Shown: piece after piece, positions 35,201 to 50,200 of the stretch | Numbering within the stretch: position 1 is the stretch's first letter | Layout: each line of letters begins with the position of its first letter | Assembly: GCA_013265495.1 (NCBI GenBank) | Contig: MU057398.1 | Location: forward strand, 558,001 to 622,000 | Direction: 5' to 3' | Source of the DNA: Vicugna vicugna | Lineage: Eukaryota | DNA: 64,000 nucleotides | The notes under the pieces: generated by a model | Databases searched by the model: none | What the model saw: the letters and a program-made list of their open reading frames with translations, nothing else | What the model was told of the DNA's origin: nothing | Translations under genes and position numbers: made by a program

Positions 35201-38200
35201 GAACCGCCTAAATGAGAAGTTGAAGCAACCCAGTGGCCAGCCCTGGGCATCCCGGGGAAATAAGGTGCTGTCCTGGCTTCTGTCAAGCGGGTCACCCACT
35301 CACTCATCTCCGACCAGGTGCCCAGGGAGGGGCATCAATCGATTTCTTCATTCAGCACAATGGTGATTAGGCACCCAGCTGGTCGAGACATCAAACTACA
35401 GTAGCCAAGTGGGTTGACCAAGTGCCTGCCCTCCTGGAGCTGGGATGGGACTAGGAGGACAGACAACAAGCAGACAGACACGAACTAGGATGCATTGGAG
35501 CAAGGGGTGCTGAAAGAGGGACATAGGGAGATCTGAGCCAGAGGTAGGGGCAGGGAGGCGTTCCTCTAGAGGAGGGCAGTCAGGAAGAAGCGACACTGGA
35601 ATAGAGAGCTAAAGGAAGTGACAGAGGGGCTGTGGAGACATCTGGGGGAAGAGTGTTCAGCCAGAGGGGGCGGTGAAGGCTGCTGGAGCCAGTGTGGCCA
35701 GAGCAGGCTGCGCAGGCAGGAGCAGGGGCAGCGGGCACAGGAGCTTTGTGGTCCACCTGCAGTCCCAGGGCCCCAGCGGCTGCCATGGGGAGCCCAGGCA
35801 GACATTGGGTGACAGAGGAAAAGTGCCCAGCCCAGGTGGCAGCTCCTGCACCAGTCCAGGCAAAGACTGTCGGGAGCTTGGACCAGGGAGCCAGCCTAAG
35901 AGAGAGTGGCTGTCCGAAAGGGCTCCGCTGTGGACAGCTCGGTCGGCCACCATTTGGATTCCTGTCCTGCCAGTGACTCCCCAGCACCCCCATCTCCTCC
36001 TCTGATTTCCCTTCTCCCGAATGTCCCCTTTCTATTCTCAGCCCCTGGATCCCTCTCCCTGGCTCCAGGCACCACAGATGTGGCTCAGGTATAACCTGTC
36101 CCTCAGCCCTGCCAGTCCTTTCCACCACTGGGATCGGCTCAGTGAGAGGGCCAGGGATAACCATCCTCGTGCATTCACGGGAATTAGTGAACAGGAGCAC
36201 TCACTCTGCACACCGGGCTCAAGCTGGAAAAATGGAAGGCTGGGGTGGGGATGGCTTCCTGTCAGTGAAACCAGGGTCAAGCAGGCAGAGCCCAGTGAGA
36301 GACAGTGTCCTTACACTGCCCAAGGCCAGGCTCCAGTGGCTGACTCTCAGCTCCACGGCTAGGTGGAGTGGGTGCCACACCACTTGCAATCAGTGTAACA
36401 TTTTTTTGGATAAAAGTCAATAGCATTTCATTCCAAGAAAGATCCGAGATGTCCCGGCTCACCTCCCCTTCCTCTGGCCTCTGCCCCACCCTCCTGCAGC
36501 CATTCTTCCCTGGGGACCTATCACCACTGAACGGGGCTAAACAGGCCAGCACACCAAACTGTTATGTTTATTCTTCAGTGCAACCAAGCATCGGCTGGGA
36601 TTCGGACATATGTGCTGGCTGGTGTCAAGTGGATGGGAATCTCGGGGTCTGAGCACAGTGAGCTGGTACCTAGCTCCCCAGCCTCCAGGCTGTGTCACCG
36701 TCTGGTGCTCAGATCTCGGCTCAGATCCACTCATCAGGGAACCACCCCCAATAAACTAGGTCTGACCCTCTTTCCATCCCCTTTCCTGACATCCGAGCTT
36801 TCCCTTTATAGTGGTTTTCATCGTAATTGAAATTAGTTGTGCGATAGGTTGTTTACTGTACATCTCCCCTACGAGACCCATGAGCCATATGGGAGCAGGG
36901 GTTGCCTCTCTTTTGTTCGGCTCTGTGTGTTCAGGGCCCGGCGCAGAATCGATGCATACAAAACATCCGTCAAAGGGAAGGATGGAATCCACATATGCTT
37001 GAGCTGCAAAGCTGGGACTGGGCCCCACCAGCACTTCCTGTGAGCGAAGCATTCGGTCTCACTTCTGCTGACAAGCAAAGCGAAAAAGATGGCCTCCCAA
37101 ACCACCGTGCTGACCTTTCAGAATTCAGGGTGTCAAGACAGCGATCCTGTTTTTCTAGCACAGTAGGAAGTTTCTTTTGGCGGAGGGGGTGGGGTACGGG
37201 GGAGACAGGGAACAGAAGCTAAAATCATTGAAGACCCAGAGCAGGCAAGGAACATCTGAAAGACATCTTTGCTCAAAACCCCAATTTTCCATGTGAATGA
37301 ATGGCTTCGTATCTATGCTGACTGAAGTTTCCAAAGTCCTTCAGCCTCAATACATTTGGGGGAAGCAGAATGGGGGACCATTCTCTTCATCTGAGAAAAG
37401 AAGTAGGCAAGGCTTGAAGCGCCGGCTCACCCCACACAAAGTCACCTCAAGCTGGCTCTGGGCAGCGGGCCACTGTCCCAGACAGGGAGGACTTGAGCGT
37501 ACTTTGGTGTAAATTGCTCATATTGACTAATAATGTTGGAACCTGCATCTCTGGATTGGAAGGAAATTCGAGGGTCATTTCATTCTACTTCGTAGGAGCT
37601 ATATATAGTGCTGTGCGACCATGAGCAAGTAACGGCTCCTCTCTACGCTTCACTTTCCTTCATCAGTAAAACTGAGCGACGGAAAGTGACATATGGGGTC
37701 GCACATCTGAAGACGCCAGAAAGCTTCTTCCCTTTGCAAGAGTCACCCTGAGTAAGACTTGTAGAAGCTGTTGACTAAGAGTTTGCAAAGCTGATTTGCA
37801 TGTGATTTGCACAGCGTGTTTATCAGAACCCAAAGAGGTCTACTCCGAAAAGGCCCAAAGCTGGCCCTGTTGACTCTCTCAGGCCAAGTCTCACCGTGCC
37901 AGCTTGACCCAGAGACAGCAGCCTTCAACTTGGAGCCACCTCAGTGCCCAAGAGAGGGAAAAGGGCCTGAGCTACAGGGGCTGGAGCGGTTTTAGGGGAA
38001 AACCATCACTAATCCATCCACCTAGGTACTCGGACTCTTCCTCGGCACCCCTCAGCAAAGTCAAGATGTTTGATCTCACTGTGGCTAGAATGCCACTTTC
38101 TGGGGTGCACCTTGGTGCACCTGGTGCCCCCCTTCCCTCTTGGGGCTCCTTAGGTGAGGGGCACGGAGAACCAAGGAGGGCAGAACTACCAAAAGAAGGG

Positions 38201-38490
38201 AGGGAGGAAAGGAGGGAGGGAGGGAGGGGGAACGGCAGGCTGTTGAGGCCAAAGAGGCGTGAAGAAGCAGGTAGGGGGCTCGGGTTCCCTTCCCCAACCC
38301 CCTCTGGAGGTCCCTGGGGGAGCGCAGCGGGCCCTGGGCCGGCGCTCAGGACTTTTCGGGCTCCCCCACGACCTTCGGGGTCTCCGCAGGGGACAGGGCC
38401 GGGAGTGTCCAGCGCCCTCTCACCTTTGACTTGCGTCTCATACTCGGCCTGCAGCCCTCGCTCCCGGCGCAGCTTCCCGTGCGCGGCCAT
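23275..38490 (-). CDS. ARHGAP4: Rho GTPase-activating protein 4 (F-BAR/FCH, RhoGAP, SH3), 954 aa, 22 exons
   Basis: Exons: 38424-38490, 34170-34377, 33931-34093, 33693-33755, 33219-33407, 32474-32602, 32172-32393, 28545-28646, 28216-28407, 28037-28121, 27803-27830, 27466-27568, 26774-26834, 26598-26675, 26369-26503, 26162-26267, 25809-26042, 25648-25721, 25381-25564, 25069-25161, 24685-24799, 23275-23508; total 2865 nt, phases consistent. MAAHGKLRRERGLQAEYETQVKEMRWQL...; RhoGAP 'GLQHEGIFRVSG', 'NMMDPYNLAVCFGPTL'. Confidence 0.96.
28780..29310 (+). mobile_element. L1MB-like 3' end in ARHGAP4 intron 7
   Basis: 'tggaagcaacccc...atacaatggaatgttattcagc...aaggacattatgctcagtgaaat...atattttaccacaatt'. 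Confidence 0.7.
29510..29950 (+). mobile_element. ERV-LTR-like relic
   Basis: Composition and motifs ('tagataagatttattaagacacc') resemble ERV1 LTRs; boundaries uncertain. Confidence 0.35.
30069..30189 (+). mobile_element. tRNA-Ala-derived SINE (Vic-1-like)
   Basis: A and B boxes, tail; TSD caagaaaaca at 30058-30067 and 30190-30199. Confidence 0.85.
30426..30560 (+). mobile_element. tRNA-Ala-derived SINE (Vic-1-like)
   Basis: ggggaggagggtacagttcagtggtagag...gggttcaatccccagtacctcc...aacctaattacctcc. Confidence 0.85.
30669..30797 (+). mobile_element. tRNA-Ala-derived SINE (Vic-1-like)
   Basis: A and B boxes; TSD attcttga at 30657-30664 and 30799-30806. Confidence 0.85.
37590..37690. mobile_element. 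MIR relic
   Basis: MIR core-like 'tgtgcgaccatgagcaagt...ctctacgcttcactttccttcatcagtaaaa'. Confidence 0.5.
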
Positions 38491-38750
38491 GGCGGCCGGA
38501 CGGCCGCGCCGTCGAGCCCCACTGCTCCCACGCGGCCGCGAGCGGGCCAAGCGCCCGGACCTGGCACCCCCGGCAGCCAGCACCCTGCGCCGGCCCCGCC
38601 CCGCCCCGCCCCGCCCCGCCCCCAGCGCGGCTCCCGGGGCGGGGCGGCCCAGGCCTGGCACCTCCTGGGAGGGTCTGGGGGTAGGGGGCGAGGCGGGGGG
38701 GGGGGGTTCCCACTGTAGCCCGGCCTTGCCGCCTCCTCCCCCTGGGTGCA
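38300..38750 (-). promoter_or_regulatory. ARHGAP4 CpG island/promoter with a (GGGGC)6 GC-box array at 38593-38622
   Basis: High CpG density around the ATG at 38490. Confidence 0.75.
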
Positions 38751-40639
38751 CACCTGGGAGGCCTTGTGCCCAAAGTTCGACTGCGAAGCAGCCAGGGCCA
38801 GTGTGAGAGCCCCAAGGTGCCCAGCACACTGGCACCCTCTGGCTGCCATTCCCCCCAACTTCCAGGAGGCTGTCTGGTGACCACTGCCAGACTGCACTTT
38901 TCACATCATGGCCACTGGCCGTCAATGCCAGTAAGCAGTGACACCATAACTGCTCCAGGCCCTGGTCAACTGCTTCCCACAGGCCCACCAGGACATCAGA
39001 TGGGCCCACCCTCCCCAAGTCACAGCCCCGAGAGAGAAACACAAGGAGTTGGGAAGGAGAGCTAGCTGGGAAGGAAGGTCAGTACCAGAGAACAGAACCT
39101 CAGCCCTTGTTCCCTCCAGGCCCCCTTGAGGGGTGGGGGTGGGGGGCAGAGAGCAGGGTTGGGCTAAGGTTCCCCTTCTGCCCAACCCGGGAGGGAGGAA
39201 CAAGCCTCGTTTCCCCATAGGTGGTTACCACTTCCGGCTGCCGGAAGAGACTCTGCTTTCCCCTGCAGCTTGCACCTGCCCTGTCCTAGCCTGCGGGGCT
39301 GGGGAGGGGTGGCCCTCTTCCTGCTCCCTCAGTGCAAGGCCTTCCTGAGCCTGGGGGCACCTTGGGGCCTCCCTTATTCAGGGGTGCTGGAGTTTTCCTT
39401 CACCTCTCTCTACCAACTCTAAGTCACAGGGCAACAGTGTTTCTCCAGTGTCCTGGGGAGGCAGAATGCAGGCAGCAGGTGACAAGCCAGACTAGATGAC
39501 TGTCTTCAGTTGGGTGGGAAGGAAATCCCTGGGGCATAAATGGCAAGTGAGGGGCGAAGGCAGGCTCCAGGCTTGTGCCTGGGGAAAGCATGTCTGTAGA
39601 CATTAGTACAAGGGGTCCAGACGTGTGTGTGCATGGATGTCAAAGTCAGCCTCTGTACAAATGTGGGCACACGTGACCCCAACCTGCTGCTCTGGGAGGA
39701 AGGGGAGTCTGTGCAGGTACTTCCTGGCTTTCAACTGTGTGCAATTCTCTTGCCCAGAAAGGGAAAACATACCTCCTCAGCTTCCTGCCCTCCCCACCCC
39801 CGCCCTGAGTACTAAGGCCCTTCTTTAAGATGCAATGTGTCCAGGGGGCCTGGGGCTAGAGGGCCTGGGAGCTGGCCCAACCCCAGCAGGAACGCATGCC
39901 CCACCTCCACTAACCCCAACAACCTTTGCCCCCTACCCTCCATCTGAGCCCTGGCTGGTCCCCAAAAGTCCCTCCCCCATCCAGCAGTGCGAAGCACAGG
40001 GCTCAAGCCCACAGGAAACTGCTGTTGAACTGGCATCGGCCCCTACCTTCGAGTGCTCTCCTCTGTCCTTTAAGGCTCCAGAAATACTCACGCGATGCCC
40101 CACTCAACCACGCTGTAAAGCCTTGAGTAACTAACTAGCCCTGGCTTTTAGGAGGCTAGTTTGGCATTTAAGGCCCTACTGCTTGCTGCATCCTCAGCTC
40201 TGTTGTTACCCTTCAAAGAATCCCAAAACCCATTATCATTATCGCGCAGAAGGGGAGGACCAGATCTGCGGGACCTTGCTAAACTTGTCGACGAGTGGAG
40301 TGAACATTCGGTCCTGAGGGTTGACCGCAGGGCTGACGTAGTCGGGTCTGCTACGAGGAGGATGGACCAGAGGGAGATGAGATCGACGGGGAGACTGTTA
40401 ACAGCCGTCCCTGTCAGATGAAAGCAAGAATTGGGCAGTTAGAGTCCCACATTAAGGTACTGTGAGGCCCCCTCCTATTTTCCCACAAGTCAGCTTTCCA
40501 GGAGAAGTTTCACAATGCGGGCTTCAGGGGTCAAGGGTGTGCACCTCTGTGTATAGGTTCATCCACTGGGGAGACGCCCCAGGAGCCCACCCTCAGCCAC
40601 ACAGCTGGAGGACGGGTTCCAGCTTTTCCCACCCTCAGC

Positions 40640-41270
40640 CTCCCAGCCTCGGTTCGGCACCTCGGCGTTGAAGCAGCCCCTCCCAGAGGCGGGTCCTGCA
40701 GAGGCGGAGGAAGTGCTGGGCCCCAAGAGCCTGCGGCTTCCCTTCTCTGCCCTCCACCCACGCCGCAGCTCCCTCCGCACCTCCGCCCAGGAAGCCCAAC
40801 CGCCGGGGGCGGCCGAGCGTTAGCGTGCCCGCCCAGGATGCACGGCCAGGAGAGCAGAAGGCGGGCCTGACTGGGTAGGACGGACGGTGGATGCCGCAGG
40901 GCGCCGTGGGAGCCTCCGCCCTCTCCCTCCCACCGGCGCCGGGGCGCGGCCGAGGTAATGCGCATGCACTCCCGCCGCGCGGAGCCCGGCCGCCGGACCA
41001 ATCAGAGCCTGGGAACGAAGCCCGCCGCGGCTTGCGAACAGGAAAAGACTGACGCCCCGCGCAGACGGCGGGGCAAGGCTATGCCTTGAGCCAACCAGGA
41101 CACAGCCTTCCTCCCCCACCCGCAGCCGGCGAGAGAGCAGCCGTGCGCAGGCGCATCTTTCGGTTCCCGGACCAGGCTACTAGACTCGGCTTCCCAGGCT
41201 GCCTGTTAGTCACGTGCCATACGCCAGCCAGCGAGAAAGCCGAGCTCACCCCGGTGGCGAATTATTCAGC
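40640..41270. promoter_or_regulatory. CpG island with NRF1, NF-Y, E-box and half-CRE motifs, with no coding exon
   Basis: TGCGCATGCA 40959-40968, CCAAT 40998-41002, TGACG 41050-41054, TGCGCAGGCGCA 41144-41155, GTCACGTG 41209-41216. Confidence 0.65.
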
Positions 41271-41419
41271 CTAGCAGGGGAGCAGGGGCATAAGGTACAG
41301 TGACAGCTCAGGGGTGCTGAACTCCGCTGGGAGGTGGGCGGCCCAGGCAGAGCCCGCCCAGGGACGAGGAGCTGCAAACAATGGCACTGCAGCTAGAGGG
41401 AATGGCAGGGAAGAAAGGC

Positions 41420-41700
41420 ACAGGAGCAAATTTTCGAGTTACAGTGGAAGCTATGAAAAACAGAGGACCTATATTCTACATGAAATTACATTATGCATTT
41501 GTCAAAACCCAGAGTGCACAACTATAAATGTAAACTCTGGACTGTAGTTAACGTATAAATATTGGCTCAATTTTAACAAATGTAGCACTTAATGCAAAAT
41601 GTTAATAACGGGGGAATATGAGGAGAGCGGTCCATAAGAACTCTATCCGCTCAGTTCTGTAAATCTAAAACTACCAGAAATAAAGTCCACTAATTATTTT
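41420..41700 (+). mobile_element. L1MC-like 3' end
   Basis: 'cattatgcatttgtcaaaacc...aatgtaaactctggact...aacaaatgtagcact...gttaataacggggga'. Confidence 0.6.
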
Positions 41701-42163
41701 CAAACAAAGGCTTGGTTTAGGGAGTAGATTCAAGGGGTGTTATGGTGGTCTAACACACAGGGCTCGCTGACCTTTTGGTTGGCAGGGAAGGGAAGAATCA
41801 GGGACAGTTGCCAGGGCTTGAGCAGCTGGGTAGCTGGTTGGGCCATTCCTGAGACAGGGCATTGGGAGGTAAGCCCAATGGGCAGCTGGACTGATGCATC
41901 TGGAACCTAGCAAGGCGGCAGCAGAGCAGGACTCCGAAGGCCCCAGAGTGCCAGGGTCTCCTGGGGACCCGAAGACGGCTAGAAGCCATCACACTTGACA
42001 AAGCTCTTCCCTTCTAGTTGGGCTTGGCAGGACACATTGTGCCAAAAGGCTATGAGGTCTACACCCAGAGGGACGCAGAAGGGCCAGAGGGGCAGACACA
42101 CACACATACCCCCAAAAATGTGTACACTAGCACACACAAACTCCCCAAGGCCACTGGGTGAAG

Positions 42164-42169
42164 TTTATT
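42164..42169 (-). terminator. NAA10 poly(A) signal AATAAA
   Basis: tttatt on the + strand, about 66 nt after the stop, followed by a GU-rich tract on the minus strand. Confidence 0.85.
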
Positions 42170-42235
42170 GTGAAAGCCTTCCAGGTGGAGGACGGAATGG
42201 GCAGGCCAGGGCAGAGAGAAGAGCACAGGCAGGCT

Positions 42236-46789
<4,554 letters not shown>

Positions 46790-47278
46790 AACGGCGGCAG
46801 GGCTCGCGGCTCCCAGCGGGTCGTGAACGCGGAGTCAGCTGCCGCCGCGCTGCGAAGCGACGCCGGGGCTGCCAGGCCACGGCTGGGGCTGGAGCTGGGT
46901 CCGGGATCGCGGGGGCGGTGGCGGAAGGGGCGGTGCGTGCCGGGCCCGGCCACCGGCCGGAAGTGCGCACCGCCGGACCCGCCTTCCCGGCCGCCCGGCC
47001 AATGTGCAGGCCGGGCCAAGGGAGGGGTGGGGCCTCTCGGCAGGAGGGGGCTTCGGGGGGGGGGGGGGGGGGCCCTCTGGGCGGGGCGGGCCGGGGCAGG
47101 GCGGGCCAATGGCCGGGCAGGCCCCGGCGCGGGGCGGGCCTATTTGCAGGGTGGGAGGGTCCAACGCGCGGGACCCGCCACTGTCCCGGCGAGCAGGTGC
47201 CGTCTAGCCAGCGCAGCGAATTGCTCCCCTTCCGCGACCCCACAGACACTCGCACACGGGCAGTGGAGCAGGCTCAGC

Positions 47279-47284
47279 TTTATT
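47279..47284 (-). terminator. RENBP poly(A) signal AATAAA overlapping the TAA stop codon
   Basis: Minus strand reads GCA GAA TAA AGC. Confidence 0.8.
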
Positions 47285-50200
47285 CTGCGCCTCGGCGGGC
47301 GGGGTCAGGGATCGGGCGGGCCGGGGCCGGAGCAGGGCGGCTCAGCAGGGCGCTCAGCATCTCCTCGCACATGGCGAGACACCGCGGCACATGGAAGCAG
47401 CCTGAGGGGAGAGGCAGGTTGGCTGGGCTGGGGGCAGCCGATCCCCGCGACCCCGCTCTGTCCCCCACTCACCTTTGAAAGGACCCCCCTTGATAGTGAG
47501 GGCGACCTTCCCTTCTCGGTTCAGGTAGCCAAACCATTCCCCATACTCAGGATCGCGAAACTGCAATCACAAGGAGGCAGTGACAGGTAGCGCCTGCAGG
47601 AGCCGCCCAGATGCCACAGGCCTGGGGAAGGGGCGTTCACCGTCCCCACTAAGTCGCTACCCCGGGATCAGAGCCCGGGCAGACCCCAGGTAACATGGCT
47701 CCAGAATCAGTGCTCTTAAAGGAGATCCCGCGTCCCGGACAAAGATGGAAGCGAGGGGCTTTCCCTTTTCCTTTTTCAGCAGTTGGGTGGGAGTCTGCAC
47801 CTAGATAATCCACTTGGGAAAGGGGCCACAGGCTGTGAAATGAAACATTGCAAGATAGAGTAAAAAGAACCTGCTTGGAGATGATAGAAAAGTTCCGTAT
47901 CTTGATTGTGCTGGTGGTTACAGTTATATGCATCGTTATACCTCAGTGAACTGAACACTTACAATGGATACATTTTAGTGTATATAAATTGTACTTCAAT
48001 AAAATTCATTTAAAGAAAGAAAGAGAACCCTGGTGGAAGTGCTGAACTGTCATGGACCTTTGTAGCAAGTTGCTCCCTTAGAGCTCCTGTTCCCTGCTTC
48101 AGTAGATGAGCTCGTCACAAACACACATCTGGCTCCCTCGGAGCCACCTGAAGCCTGCCCTTGCCCAGCAGCTCTGCGGACTCATTCTAAATGCCTTTCT
48201 TCTCTCCAGCCCACATCCCATCAGGCACCTGTCCCCTGGAGGCTTGTCAGTTCCTTCCAGAAGCTCAGAGCCCTGGCCTAGGCCCTTCTCTTTCCTCCCC
48301 TGATAGAGACTTCAGTGGAACCCCTTCTCAGAAGGATCATAGAAGAAATCAATGACATTGAAGTCCATTATCAAAATGTCTTTTTAAATTGGGACCTGTG
48401 AGTTGGTGTATTCTGCTTCAGAGCGGGTAAAACTAGTTCCTTATCTCTTCATTTTATCTTTCTAGTGACATGGTTTGTGTCCTTATTTTTCAATTACTTG
48501 ATTTGACACAGGAAGATAACAAAGGATTTCACTATTTTCCTGTCCAGTCATTCCATGGATGTCTGAATTTTTGCTTTTCGTATTCTGTTATGATTAGTGC
48601 GTAATGTTCACCTGTTGATTTTAGCTTCTGAAATTGTTCAATGCCATCGCTCTTTCTTTAAAATGTATTCCTTAAATTTCACTTTATGCAGTTAAAACTG
48701 ATGGCCTCGAACACATGTTCTTTATGTATGCATTCAGTACTAAGATGTATCGCCGTGGGCCTCATTATGCCTAGGTTTGGGAGTAGTGATGAGTGTGTGC
48801 AAATGTAACATGAACACACTTGGGATTTCTTTTCTTTTTCCCACACTTGGGATTTCTATTGGTGACAAAGTCAGCCTCTGCTAGCACAGCTGTGGTTTCC
48901 TGCTTTCATTCATAGCAGAAGCAAAAGCTGAATTTCAGTTAGAGGTTAGTGCAAATAACGATGTAATTTTCTCCCAGGTTTCAAAACTCATGGACCCCAG
49001 AATGAGACCACCTGTTATAATCCCTCCCGTCTGCGATTTACTAATGGAGTGAGTTGTGGCTTGAGAAACACATCAGGGATCTTCATTCATTCACCATCAG
49101 GCTCAGCACCCGAGGTGCCCCTCGGGAGCAGCTGGTACAGCTCATCACTCTGCTCTTAGCACTTTGGTCCCCCGGGGTGGAGGGGGTGGCCTAGCTTCCT
49201 CCCTACCTCACAGCTGGGTCTTGTCTCCTTTGCTGGTCCCTCGTATTCCTTCCTCTCTTTTCCTTCTGAACCCTCAAAGCTCACCTTGCCTCATGGCTTG
49301 CAGTATCAACTATATTCTTACGATGCCCAAACAACTGTGGCCAGCCCAGACCTCTCCCGCTTGACCAGGCTCTGACCCCTATGCCCACCCCAGGCCAGGC
49401 CCCCCACTCACTGGCCAGGATGACAGCCACAGTCCCCTGTCTCCCTGCCTTCACCTGGTGCCCTCCAGCCTTCCCTCCCAAAGTCCTAGGACCAAGGAAT
49501 GCCAAGGTCCGACAGGTGACTCCTCTGTGCAGAGTGCCCCTTCCACCTTTTCCCCCTCCCGCTGGCCCCCCAGTCCCCTGACCTTGCTTTATTTTCCAGA
49601 GTTCTCATCACCATGTATGTGTTTCCTTGTTTACCTCATTATGGTCAGTCCTACCACCACCACCACTGCCACCAAAATATGAGTCCAGTGGGGCAGGGGC
49701 CACTCTGTTGACTGAACAGAGGGCAGCAGGGCTGGGGCCTTCAGGAACTCTTAGACCTGCTGAGGGACCACGTCGGAGAAAGTCTGGCCCCAGCCTGCTT
49801 GGGGAGGAGTGGCCGTCTGCTATCTCCTCCCACCCCCACTGAGCCCACAGAGGGCCGTGGGCCGGGAAGCAGCACATACCTGGCGGAAGGTGTACTCGGC
49901 TACCTGGTAGAACACGTGCAGCAAGGCGGGGTCCCCGCCGTCACTGTAGCCCATGAGGAAGGCAATCATGGCCTCACTGTGTGGCCACCAGAGCTTCATG
50001 GCCCACTCTAGCTGCAGGCAGAGCAGAGGTGGGCAGCTGAGAGCCCAGGGTCCCGCCCTCCACCACCCCTCTTGGAAGGAAAGGCACCTCCTGCATTCAG
50101 GTCTCAGCTCAGACTCCATCCAGCCCAAGCACATGGAGCTGAAGAACAGGCTGGACATCTCTGGGAGTTGTAAGCGCCCTTCAGAGTGGGACCAGCCTCC

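Noticed and set aside
37904..38897. Overlapping 148-300 aa ORFs around ARHGAP4 exon 1
   Set aside because: Low-complexity Pro/Arg/Gly/Ala products expected from stop-poor CpG-island DNA.
48310..49010. Possible hAT-Charlie/MER DNA-transposon relic in RENBP intron 9
   Set aside because: AT-rich and suggestive, but I could not define terminal inverted repeats or a family by eye.
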